A stretch of 30,408 nt of DNA from Lachnospiraceae bacterium (lineage in GTDB: Bacteria > Bacillota > Clostridia > Lachnospirales > Lachnospiraceae), in NCBI GenBank assembly GCA_024403585.1, contig JAKSRN010000001.1, forward strand, positions 1 through 30,408, written 5' to 3'. Position numbers and translations under genes: made by a program. Shown one piece after another: positions 1 through 8,228 of the stretch; the first letter of the stretch is position 1; every line of letters begins with the position of its first letter. The notes below the pieces were generated by a model that searched no databases, was not told the origin of the DNA, and saw only the letters and a program-made list of their open reading frames with translations.

Positions 1-1
1 A

Positions 2-910
2 TTTTTTGTAACAGGCGTGAATGGTCAGCTGGGCCATGATGTTATGAATGAGCTGAATAAAAGAGGTCATGAGGGTGTAGGATCAGATCTTGCAGAATGC
101 TATGCAGGTGTCGCAGACGGAAGTGCAGTAACTACCATGCCATACATGGGTCTGGATATCACTGACAAAGAGGCTGTAGAGAAAGCAATCACTGAGATCA
201 ATCCGGATGCAGTGATTCACTGTGCAGCATGGACTGCAGTAGATATGGCTGAGGATGATGATAAAGTAGCAGCTGTAAGAAAGGTTAACGCAGGCGGAAC
301 TCAGAATATTGCAGATGTATGTAAAAAACTGGATTGCAAGATGCTCTATCTTTCTACTGACTATGTATTCGATGGACAGGGAACAGAGCCATGGCAGCCA
401 GACTGCAAAGACTACAAACCTCTGAATGTTTACGGACAGACAAAACTGGAGGGAGAGCTGGCAGTAAGCGGAACTGTTGACAAGTTCTTTATCGTACGTA
501 TCGCATGGGTATTCGGTCTGAATGGTAAAAACTTTATCAAGACTATGATCAATGTTGGAAAAACTCATGACGAAGTAAGAGTTGTAAACGATCAGATCGG
601 AACACCAACCTACTGCTTCGACCTTGCTCGTCTTCTGGTTGATATGTGTGAGACAGAAAAATACGGATACTACCACGCAACCAATGAGGGCGGTTATATT
701 TCCTGGTATGATTTCTGTGTAGAGTTCTACAAACAGTATGGACTTACAACAAAGGTTACACCGGTAACAACAGCAGAGTATGGTTTAAGCAAAGCTGCAA
801 GACCATTCAACAGCAGACTGGACAAGAGCAAACTGATCGAGAACGGTTTCCAGCCACTTCCAACCTGGCAGGATGCGGTGTCCAGATATCTGAAAGAAGC
901 AAATCTGTAA
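2..910 (+). CDS. rfbD: dTDP-4-dehydrorhamnose reductase (RmlD/RfbD), 5'-truncated by the window edge
   Basis: The frame is open from base 2 (FFVTGVNGQLG = Rossmann TGxxGxxG), so the true start lies upstream of the window, not at GTG 17. SDR motifs STDYVFDG and YGQTKLEGE; RfbD-typical VNDQIGTPT and RPFNSRLD. Confidence 0.96.
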   Translation, partial: FFVTGVNGQLGHDVMNELNKRGHEGVGSDLAECYAGVADGSAVTTMPYMGLDITDKEAVEKAITEINPDAVIHCAAWTAVDMAEDDDKVAAVRKVNAGGTQNIADVCKKLDCKMLYLSTDYVFDGQGTEPWQPDCKDYKPLNVYGQTKLEGELAVSGTVDKFFIVRIAWVFGLNGKNFIKTMINVGKTHDEVRVVNDQIGTPTYCFDLARLLVDMCETEKYGYYHATNEGGYISWYDFCVEFYKQYGLTTKVTPVTTAEYGLSKAARPFNSRLDKSKLIENGFQPLPTWQDAVSRYLKEANL

Positions 911-932
911 AAACGATCCTTAGAATCTAAAT

Positions 933-972
933 TAAGGAATTGGTTAAGAAGATAAGGAATCGGTTAAGAAGA
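933..972. repeat. 20-bp tandem duplication (TAAGGAATYGGTTAAGAAGA x2, one mismatch)
   Basis: 933-952 taaggaattggttaagaaga and 953-972 taaggaatcggttaagaaga, read directly. Confidence 0.9.
950..964 (+). repeat. 15-bp direct repeat, left copy (AGATAAGGAATCGGT)
   Basis: Identical to 8229-8243. Confidence 0.85.
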
Positions 973-1018
973 ACATAATAAAGGCGAGGCATGATGCCTC
1001 GCCTTTATTATGTTCTTC
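968..1018. terminator. Bidirectional intrinsic terminator between convergent rmlD and the YfhO-family gene
   Basis: Perfect 25-bp inverted repeat: gaagaacataataaaggcgaggcat (968-992) and atgcctcgcctttattatgttcttc (994-1018). GC-rich core with A/T-rich flanks on both sides. Confidence 0.88.
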
Positions 1019-1048
1019 ATTAGATTTTTATTCTGTCTGTCAGGTGGA

Positions 1049-3781
1049 TCAGTTGTGTTTACGGCGTCCTATACGCAGATGAAGGATGACCAGGATCAGG
1101 AAGATACACCAGGAAACAACAGTGATCAGTAATGCTGTTTTCAGAAGCGGCTGCTGATAATCCAGACGGATATCGTGACTGCCGGCAGGGAGATGGATGG
1201 CAGAGAAGCCATAGTCTGCACGAAGGATCTCCTGTTCCTCACCGTCAACTGTGATGGTCCAGCCATTCTCGTAAGGAATCGGGAAGAATACATATCCATC
1301 CTCTTTCAGTTCCGCAGTGCACAAAATGTGACTGTCGTTGTAGGTATCTGTTAATGTGATCTCTGCTGTACTCTCCGCTTTCTTAACAGAAGGAGCTGTA
1401 TAGAAATGGAAGTCAGACAGGGAAGTGATCAGGTTTGGATCCCAATTGTGGATATAGAGACCATCGGATCCCACCGGAAGCTGCATCTCAACCGTAACAG
1501 GAGCTCCTCCCACAACCGTGACGGTCTTGTAATTATAGAGTTCTTCTGTAGTTCGAATCTGCAGATCATAGGATCCGTTTACGCAAGCAGTAAAGCGTAC
1601 AACGATCTCGCCGTCCTCTTCTGTAACTGCTCTGTTGAATGGCAGATAGGTTTCCGGCTGCTGCCAGCTGTATTTTCCTTCTGCATCCGGCACCAGATCA
1701 GGAGATATACGGAAGGTATCATTGTCAATAAGCTTATAATCGTCCAGTACCTTTGCCAGAGAGTTTACATCTACACCAGGGGCTTCATCATCCAGAAGCA
1801 GGTAATCTTTCAGGACTGCATCTGTATTGAGAAGTGCTTCACAGGTTTCAAAATCATAGTTAGCCAGAGTTTTGGTATAGAAGGAAGCAAAGGATTTCCA
1901 GTTGATGTTTTTGTAAAGATAGAGAGAACCGAAAGTCTTCTCCAGCTGATAGCAGGAGGCAGGAGCCTTGGAGCTCTGAGAAACCACATACTTGATTCCA
2001 AATAAATCTGCGTAATCCTCTTCTTTAGAAATCTGGCGGAAGGTCCAGTGGGCAGTATTGATATAGTAGAGTTCAGGTACCGTCTTGTCCAGAAACTCCA
2101 GGATATATCGGTTGGAGGTGCTGTTATAGGTACTGATTCCACGATAATACTGGCCGGCTGAATCCATGCAATGGGAACCGGCTTCATAATCTTTCTCAAG
2201 ACGGTAGAAATCTCCGTCTGTTTCCAGAAGATAGTTCTGGAGAGCTTTCCAGTCATCACCGTACATTGCTTCTGTATAAGCAGGGTCGTTGGCATTCACT
2301 CCGCGTTTTGCTGCTGTGGTATAGGTATCTGCCGTAACATTCAGTCCTATAGTCAGGCAAAGCAGAAGAAGGAGCGGGGACCTTTTGGAGGCAAATCTCT
2401 TTCTGCTGAGCAGGAAGAGGAAGACTGCCATCAGGATCAGTGTGCCGGCGAGGATCAATGCATCCAGTCGGAATGTCAGAACTGTGAATTCTCTTATTTT
2501 TTTCAGATACAGATATTCAGCAGGCAGCAAGGTGATCAGCGCACCGAAGATGCTGAAACGATGCTCCTCAAGGATGATATCCATCATGTAGGCCGTCAGT
2601 AAGGCAAACAGCGGCATCAAAAGGAAGGTATGTCTGCAGAACGGAGTTGAAAAAGCATTGAAGATCATACTTCCCAGCATGATGCACAGGGAGAAAACGC
2701 ATGCCAGAACCGTAAAAATCTGGACCAGCCTTGTGCGGATGCCGGTTTCTTTTCTGAATACAATAGCCAGGACAAACTGCACCAGAAGGAGAAGCAAAAG
2801 ACCTGAGAAGAACAGGCAAGGTGCTTCATAGAAATTGGCGAAACCGGTGTAGCCCATCTTTGCAGTTCCGATTCCTTCCAGTGTACTCGCAAGAAAGCGG
2901 TAGATCAGAGTCTTGTAATAAGCCATATCCTGCCATGGACGAAGTCCTTCCAGACAGCGGGTAAGAAGAGAACTCTGCCCCTCCATTCGCGCTGATACAC
3001 TGAAAACAAGTGCATAGGAAGGAAGAAGATTCAGAATACCCATGAATACACCCAAAAGAAGGGCGAATCCCTGACGGAAAAGCGCAAGCACAAATCCAAT
3101 AAATCCATCACGTCTGTCCTGGAAGAGGCGAAGTGCCACATAAAAGGCGCAGACAATCAGAACCATATAGGAGAGATAGTAGGTGTTCAGCAGCATGAAA
3201 GCTGTACAGATCACCACAGCCGGAGAAAACTTCTTTTTCTGCAGGGACGACTCTAAGAGACTCAGCAGTAAAGGAAGGAAGATCATCATCATACTGAACT
3301 GATAGTGCTGTCCCCAGACAGTCAGAAAACCATTAAATGCATACAGGTACGATGCGATCAGTCTGGCCTCAAAGCTGAATGAAAAACGGGACAGGTATTT
3401 CCAGGCTGCAAAACCGGAAAGGATCAGGAGCAGAAGGTGTACATAGATCAGAGCATGAGCCATCATCTGAGGACCTGCAATGATTCCGATACAGTACAGG
3501 ATCCACAGAGAAGGATTCAGAAGATTCAGCTGATACATGCTGGTTCCAAAACCGTTTGTAAAATCCCAGAAAGAAAGATTTCCGTTTCTGATATGGTTTA
3601 CCACCGTGCTGTATTGCATGATATACTGCTCCGCAGTATCCGAACCGATATCACGGAACATGAAGAGAGAGTTGCCGAAGATGTATTGATAATAGGCAAC
3701 GCATCCTGTCAGGGCAATCAGAAAAAACAATAAAACATAGGGATGTTTCTTGAAAAAACCGGTAAGATTTCGTATAAACAT
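1049..3781 (-). CDS. YfhO-family polytopic membrane protein (GT-C-fold glycosyltransferase), 910 aa
   Basis: About 11-13 hydrophobic segments, a large extracellular domain and a final TM helix. YfhO-typical C-terminus FFPIPYENGWTITVDG...GFSAIHLPAGSHDIRLDY. SD AAAGGAG upstream on the minus strand. Confidence 0.88.
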   Translation of the reverse strand: MFIRNLTGFFKKHPYVLLFFLIALTGCVAYYQYIFGNSLFMFRDIGSDTAEQYIMQYSTVVNHIRNGNLSFWDFTNGFGTSMYQLNLLNPSLWILYCIGIIAGPQMMAHALIYVHLLLLILSGFAAWKYLSRFSFSFEARLIASYLYAFNGFLTVWGQHYQFSMMMIFLPLLLSLLESSLQKKKFSPAVVICTAFMLLNTYYLSYMVLIVCAFYVALRLFQDRRDGFIGFVLALFRQGFALLLGVFMGILNLLPSYALVFSVSARMEGQSSLLTRCLEGLRPWQDMAYYKTLIYRFLASTLEGIGTAKMGYTGFANFYEAPCLFFSGLLLLLLVQFVLAIVFRKETGIRTRLVQIFTVLACVFSLCIMLGSMIFNAFSTPFCRHTFLLMPLFALLTAYMMDIILEEHRFSIFGALITLLPAEYLYLKKIREFTVLTFRLDALILAGTLILMAVFLFLLSRKRFASKRSPLLLLLCLTIGLNVTADTYTTAAKRGVNANDPAYTEAMYGDDWKALQNYLLETDGDFYRLEKDYEAGSHCMDSAGQYYRGISTYNSTSNRYILEFLDKTVPELYYINTAHWTFRQISKEEDYADLFGIKYVVSQSSKAPASCYQLEKTFGSLYLYKNINWKSFASFYTKTLANYDFETCEALLNTDAVLKDYLLLDDEAPGVDVNSLAKVLDDYKLIDNDTFRISPDLVPDAEGKYSWQQPETYLPFNRAVTEEDGEIVVRFTACVNGSYDLQIRTTEELYNYKTVTVVGGAPVTVEMQLPVGSDGLYIHNWDPNLITSLSDFHFYTAPSVKKAESTAEITLTDTYNDSHILCTAELKEDGYVFFPIPYENGWTITVDGEEQEILRADYGFSAIHLPAGSHDIRLDYQQPLLKTALLITVVSWCIFLILVILHLRIGRRKHN

Positions 3782-3819
3782 AAAGGGCTCCTTTGATGAT
3801 TCAGACTATAGTTAAAAAA

Positions 3820-3849
3820 AGTATACCATAGGGGGAAAGGCAGGAGCAA
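3820..3849 (-). promoter_or_regulatory. Sigma-A-type promoter for the YfhO-family gene
   Basis: Minus strand: TTGCTC (3849-3844), N18, TATACT (3825-3820), with extended -10 TGn (TGG TATACT). Confidence 0.6.
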
Positions 3850-3858
3850 GCATCGGGC

Positions 3859-3887
3859 TTGAAGCTGGATGAAAAACATGTTATACT
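3859..3887 (+). promoter_or_regulatory. Sigma-A-type promoter for the ATP-grasp/SMR/wecE operon
   Basis: TTGAAG (3859-3864), N17, TATACT (3882-3887), with extended -10 TG at 3879-3880. Confidence 0.72.
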
Positions 3888-3946
3888 AAAATGTAAAATT
3901 TTGTTCAGAAATATTTAATAAAAACAAGAATGGAAGAAGAGATAGA

Positions 3947-6100
3947 ATGAAAAGAGTATTGATCCTTGGTGCCAGCTATACACAGACACCTTTGTATGAA
4001 GCGGCAAAAAAACTGGGAATCGAAACTATTGCCGGCAGTATCCCGGGACCATATCCGGGATTTGACCTGGCAGATGAAACAGCATATATGAATATTGCCG
4101 ATCCGGATGAGTGCGTAGCGGTTGCTTCTGATCTTAATCTGGATGGCGTATGTACCTGTGGACTGGATCTGGGCATGAGAGCGATCGGTGCGATCAGTGA
4201 TACCTGTCATCTTCCGGGACCTTCCCGTGCAGCTGCTGAGCGTGCCGGTAATAAATTTGAGATGAAAAAGGCTCTTGTTGCAGCAGGAGTTCAGACCGCA
4301 CGTTTTTTCTGTATCCATAATGAGGAGGAGCTGGAAGCTGCTCTGGATCAGCTGACCTTTCCGGTTATTCTGAAAGCGGTGGATCAGATGGGAAGCCGTG
4401 GTATCTTCCGCAGTAATACAAGAGAAGAGGCCAAAGAGAATTTCCATAAGAGTATGGAAGCAACTGCCAAAGACTATTGTCTGGTGGAAGAGTTTATTGA
4501 AGGCGAGATCTTTGGTGTAGAAGCAATGATCCAGAACGGACAGGTTCTGTTTATGCTTCCTAATAATATAGAAGCATTTGTTGTTACAACACCTACCCCG
4601 GTGGGACACTCTGTACCTTTTAAAGAGGAAGCCACTCTTGGAGCACAGGTTCGCGAGCAGACAGAGAAAGCCATTCGTGCACTGGGGCTTGACAATTGTC
4701 CTGTAAACTGTGATTTTATAAAACGTGACGGAAAAGTCTATGTAATTGAGCTGACAGGAAGATCAGGTGCAACAGGTCTTTCTGAGATGACCGGTATCTA
4801 TTACGGACTGAATTATTATGAGATGATCCTCCGGCTTGCAGTAGGAGAGGATGTGTCCGGATATTTCACAGGAGATATTCCACGCACACCGAACCTGACA
4901 CATACATTGATGGCAGACAGAAAGGGAATCGTCCGCGAGATCATTAACAGGAATGCACCGGCAGATGACATCCTTGATCTTTCCTTCAATATTGAGCCCG
5001 GCAATCCGGTACAGCCATATACCAATGGCCGTGACAGGATTGGACAGGTGATCTTGAAGGGAAGTACTCTTGCAGCATGTGAACGCAGACTGAAGGAGAT
5101 CCTGGACCAGATCAGTCTTCGTCTGGAAGGTGATCTTCCGATCTTTGATACACCGATCATGGAGCTTTCCTCCTGTGAGGAAAACCGGATCTTCTGTAAA
5201 AGAGAAGATACGATCCCATTTTCCTTTGGTGGAAATAAAGTACGTTTTGCCCAGTATTATCTGGAAGATATGGAACGTAAAGGCGCGAATGCGATGATCC
5301 TGTATGGAGGTTATCATTCCAATCTTTGCAGAATCCTGTCTGCAGCCTGTCTGAAGAAGGGAATTCCATGTTCCATGATCCACATGGTGGATGACATTGA
5401 TCCGGATGAGAAAAGCTGCAATATGACACTGATCCAGGCTTCCGGTGTAAAAGAGTACCGTTGTCATAAAGACGGAATTGCTGCAGCAGTTCAGAAGGCA
5501 ATGGATGACTTCAGGGAACAGGGTTTTGAACCATATTATATCCATGGCAATATCTACGGAAAAGGCAATGAGACTACTCCGATGAGGGCCTATGTGGATG
5601 TTTATCGCGAAATCTGCCAGCAGGAGAGAACGATGGGTATTTCCTTCGATTACATCTTCCTTGCGACCAGTACAAACAGTACTCAGTCAGGTCTGGTGGC
5701 TGCACATGCCATGGACGGTGACAACCGCAAGATCATCGGTATCTCTGTTACAAGATCTGCTGAGCGTGCCATCGCCGTGATTGGTGCAAACCTGAAAGAA
5801 TACCAGGAAAAATTCGACGCTGCTTACAGATTGTGCTGTAATCCGGAAATCCTGGTGGAGGATGCTTATCTGGCAGGCGGCTATGGTTGTGAGAATGAGG
5901 GGATCCGTCAGGCAATCCGTGATGCTTATCTGAAGGATGGCATGAATCTGGATGCCACTTATACAGGCAAAGCATTCTGGGGAATGCAGGAGTACCTGAA
6001 ATCCCACCATATCACAGCTAAAAATATCCTTTTCCTGCACACAGGAGGAACGCCTTTGTTCTTCGATGCACTGGAAACCGGTGTATTTGATCACGCATAA
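3947..6100 (+). CDS. Fusion protein: N-terminal ATP-grasp ligase (CarB/L-amino-acid-ligase-like) + C-terminal PLP fold-type II enzyme (D-cysteine desulfhydrase/ACC deaminase family), 717 aa
   Basis: ATP-grasp motifs: NKFEMK, FPVILKAVDQMGSRGI, LVEEFIEG, VYVIELTGRSG, and a LAL-type C-terminal subdomain. From about aa 395: TPI...KREDTIPFSFGGNKVR (PLP lysine K431), GGYHSN, LDATYTGKA, LFLHTGG. Confidence 0.88.
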   Translation: MKRVLILGASYTQTPLYEAAKKLGIETIAGSIPGPYPGFDLADETAYMNIADPDECVAVASDLNLDGVCTCGLDLGMRAIGAISDTCHLPGPSRAAAERAGNKFEMKKALVAAGVQTARFFCIHNEEELEAALDQLTFPVILKAVDQMGSRGIFRSNTREEAKENFHKSMEATAKDYCLVEEFIEGEIFGVEAMIQNGQVLFMLPNNIEAFVVTTPTPVGHSVPFKEEATLGAQVREQTEKAIRALGLDNCPVNCDFIKRDGKVYVIELTGRSGATGLSEMTGIYYGLNYYEMILRLAVGEDVSGYFTGDIPRTPNLTHTLMADRKGIVREIINRNAPADDILDLSFNIEPGNPVQPYTNGRDRIGQVILKGSTLAACERRLKEILDQISLRLEGDLPIFDTPIMELSSCEENRIFCKREDTIPFSFGGNKVRFAQYYLEDMERKGANAMILYGGYHSNLCRILSAACLKKGIPCSMIHMVDDIDPDEKSCNMTLIQASGVKEYRCHKDGIAAAVQKAMDDFREQGFEPYYIHGNIYGKGNETTPMRAYVDVYREICQQERTMGISFDYIFLATSTNSTQSGLVAAHAMDGDNRKIIGISVTRSAERAIAVIGANLKEYQEKFDAAYRLCCNPEILVEDAYLAGGYGCENEGIRQAIRDAYLKDGMNLDATYTGKAFWGMQEYLKSHHITAKNILFLHTGGTPLFFDALETGVFDHA

Positions 6101-6146
6101 GCATACCCATTCCGCAATGTTCTGGAGACATAAGGAGGGGGAAAAG

Positions 6147-6254
6147 GTGGATGCCTATGTCCGCTTTACCAGGCTTGAGGCGTCCAATTTGTGTAATGTT
6201 TGTGAACCGGGCTCTGATTCCCGGCAATCAATTGAATTCTATAGGGAAGTGTGA
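6147..6254 (+). CDS. Candidate 35-aa small ORF (VDAYVRFTRLEASNLCNVCEPGSDSRQSIEFYREV)
   Basis: Perfect SD TAAGGAGG at 6131-6138, 8 nt before GTG 6147. Stop is 9 nt before the next gene. No recognisable homology. Confidence 0.3.
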   Translation: MDAYVRFTRLEASNLCNVCEPGSDSRQSIEFYREV

Positions 6255-6263
6255 GAAAATATT

Positions 6264-6629
6264 ATGAATAAACAGAATGAAAAGAAGAAAACGCCGTTGT
6301 GGGTTCTGATCATGCTTCAGGCCAGTCTTCTGTTTTCTTCACTTAGCGGCGTATGCTCGAAGCTGGCCGCTCAGTCCGAGGGGATAATCAAGTTTCTGTT
6401 CTGGTATGGAATGGTTTTGTTTATCATGTTCGGATATGCTGTGATCTGGCAGCAGATTTTAAAAAGAATGCCGCTGACCGTTGCCTATGCCAACAAACCG
6501 GTTGGTCTCATCTGGGGAATGATCTGGGGAACGTTGATTTTCGGAGAAAGGATCACCTGGAATATGATTCTGGGTGCAGGAATTATCTTTGTGGGTATCT
6601 TCCTGGTGGTGACAGCGGATGGACAATAA
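6264..6629 (+). CDS. Small DMT/SMR-superfamily transporter subunit (EamA / ArnE-ArnF-like), 121 aa
   Basis: Four hydrophobic helices, MPLTVAY motif, GERITWNMILGAGIIFVGI C-terminus. No EmrE-type Glu in helix 1. Confidence 0.82.
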   Translation: MNKQNEKKKTPLWVLIMLQASLLFSSLSGVCSKLAAQSEGIIKFLFWYGMVLFIMFGYAVIWQQILKRMPLTVAYANKPVGLIWGMIWGTLIFGERITWNMILGAGIIFVGIFLVVTADGQ

Positions 6630-6969
6630 GTATTATATTCTGATTCTGCTGGTATCTGTTTTTGTTTCAGCGGTATCACAGATCATCTTAAAAACAGCTG
6701 CGAACAGAACCTATGAGAGTGCGATCAAAGAGTATCTGAATTTCAGGGTTATCTTTTCTTACGGATTATTTTTCCTGTCCACGATCCTGACCATGATCGC
6801 TTTGAAAAAGGTTCCGTTATCTATGCAGCCTATTCTGGAATCTACTTCTTATATATATGTTTCCGTAATGGGATACTTTTTATTGAAAGAACGTTTCAGC
6901 AAGAGAAAACTACTGGGCCTGGCCCTGATCCTGCTGGGGATTTTTGTATATTCCATCAACATGGCATGA
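6619..6969 (+). CDS. Small DMT/SMR-superfamily transporter subunit (EamA / ArnE-ArnF-like), 116 aa
   Basis: Four TM helices, SQIILK, ALKKVPLS, LKERFSKRKLLGLALILLGI. Overlaps its partner by 11 nt, which suggests a coupled heterodimer. Confidence 0.82.
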   Translation: MDNKYYILILLVSVFVSAVSQIILKTAANRTYESAIKEYLNFRVIFSYGLFFLSTILTMIALKKVPLSMQPILESTSYIYVSVMGYFLLKERFSKRKLLGLALILLGIFVYSINMA

Positions 6970-6990
6970 TGGAGGAAAAAGGAGATTAGT

Positions 6991-8124
6991 ATGATTGATT
7001 TTAACAGACCACCTTATGTAGGAAAAGAGATGACTTACATCCAGGAGGCAATTGCGAATAAAAAGCTTTGCGGTGACGGTGCATTTACTAAAAAATGTTC
7101 CGCATGGATGAAAGAAAAACTGGGGACAGAGTTTGCCCTCCTCACCACATCCTGTACACATGCGCTGGAGATGGCGGCTCATCTCTGTGATCTTGAGCCG
7201 GGTGATGAGGTAATTATGCCGTCCTATACATTTGTTTCTACTGCGGATGCATTTGTATTAAAAGGAGCGAAGATCGTTTTTGTTGATGTTCATCCTGAGT
7301 CCATGAACATTGACGAAACTAAGATCGAGGAAGCAATCACAGATAAGACAAAAGTAATCGTTCCTGTTCATTATGCCGGTGTTGCATGTGAGATGGATAC
7401 GATCATGGATATTGCAAAACGTCACAATCTTCTGGTTGTTGAGGATGCAGCGCAGGGTGTCAATGCCTTCTACAAGGGAAGAGCCCTGGGAACCATCGGT
7501 GATTTCGGCTGCTTCAGCTTCCATGAGACTAAAAACTACACCATGGGTGAGGGTGGAGCACTTCTCTTCCAGGATCCGAAGTACCTGGAGAAAGCGGAGA
7601 TCCTTCGTGAAAAAGGAACTGACAGAAGTAAGTTTTTCCGTGGACAGATCGATAAATATACATGGGTGGATTTCGGTTCTTCCTATCTGCCAAGTGATAT
7701 GAATGCAGCTTATCTCTACGCACAGCTGGAGGAAAGCAAGAAGATCGACGATCAGAGAATGGCCATCTGGAATCTCTACAATGACGGGCTGAAAGAACTG
7801 GCAGACAGAGGTCTGATCGAGCAGCCTTTCATTCCAAAAAGCTGTGTACACAATGCCCACATGTACTATATTAAGCTGAAAGATCTGGAGACAAGATCTG
7901 CACTGATCTCTTATCTGAGAGAAAGAGACATCTGTGCAGTATTCCATTACATTCCTCTGCACAGTGCAGCTGCAGGATTGAAGTTCGGACGTTTCCATGG
8001 GGAAGATAAATATACCACAGTTGAGAGTGAGCGTCTGATGCGTCTTCCAATGTATTATTCTCTCAGTCTTGAGGAGGCTGCACAGGTTGTGGACGCGATC
8101 AAGGCATTTCCTGCATTTCAGTAA
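6991..8124 (+). CDS. rffA: dTDP-4-amino-4,6-dideoxygalactose transaminase (WecE/RffA, DegT/DnrJ family)
   Basis: MIDFNRPP, LLTTSCTHALEMAA, VEDAAQG, FSFHETKNYTMGEGGAL (PLP Lys), REKGTDRSKFFRGQIDKYTWVDFGSSYLPSD, AVFHYIPLHS. All are characteristic of WecE. Confidence 0.95.
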   Translation: MIDFNRPPYVGKEMTYIQEAIANKKLCGDGAFTKKCSAWMKEKLGTEFALLTTSCTHALEMAAHLCDLEPGDEVIMPSYTFVSTADAFVLKGAKIVFVDVHPESMNIDETKIEEAITDKTKVIVPVHYAGVACEMDTIMDIAKRHNLLVVEDAAQGVNAFYKGRALGTIGDFGCFSFHETKNYTMGEGGALLFQDPKYLEKAEILREKGTDRSKFFRGQIDKYTWVDFGSSYLPSDMNAAYLYAQLEESKKIDDQRMAIWNLYNDGLKELADRGLIEQPFIPKSCVHNAHMYYIKLKDLETRSALISYLRERDICAVFHYIPLHSAAAGLKFGRFHGEDKYTTVESERLMRLPMYYSLSLEEAAQVVDAIKAFPAFQ

Positions 8125-8228
8125 AGCGGAGGACTCTGGAATCATAAGGGGCTACCTGAAAGCATTCAGGGTGATCAGTAAGGATTTTCGGTAATTCTCC
8201 GGTCGTGCAGTTGACTAATAAAAGAAAC

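Noticed and set aside
5130-6097. True ACC deaminase (acdS)
   Set aside because: The diagnostic Glu (YEGK) and Leu (HLGG) positions are both Thr.
3947-6254. ATP-grasp plus downstream small ORF as a graspetide (RiPP) system
   Set aside because: The ligase looks CarB/LAL-like rather than RimK/MvdC-like, the peptide lacks repeated TxKxPSD-type cores, and the context is sugar modification.
6264-6969. Multidrug efflux SMR pair (EmrE/EbrAB type)
   Set aside because: The membrane Glu of helix 1 is absent, and the SQIILK motif and position beside wecE fit ArnE/F-like flippases better.
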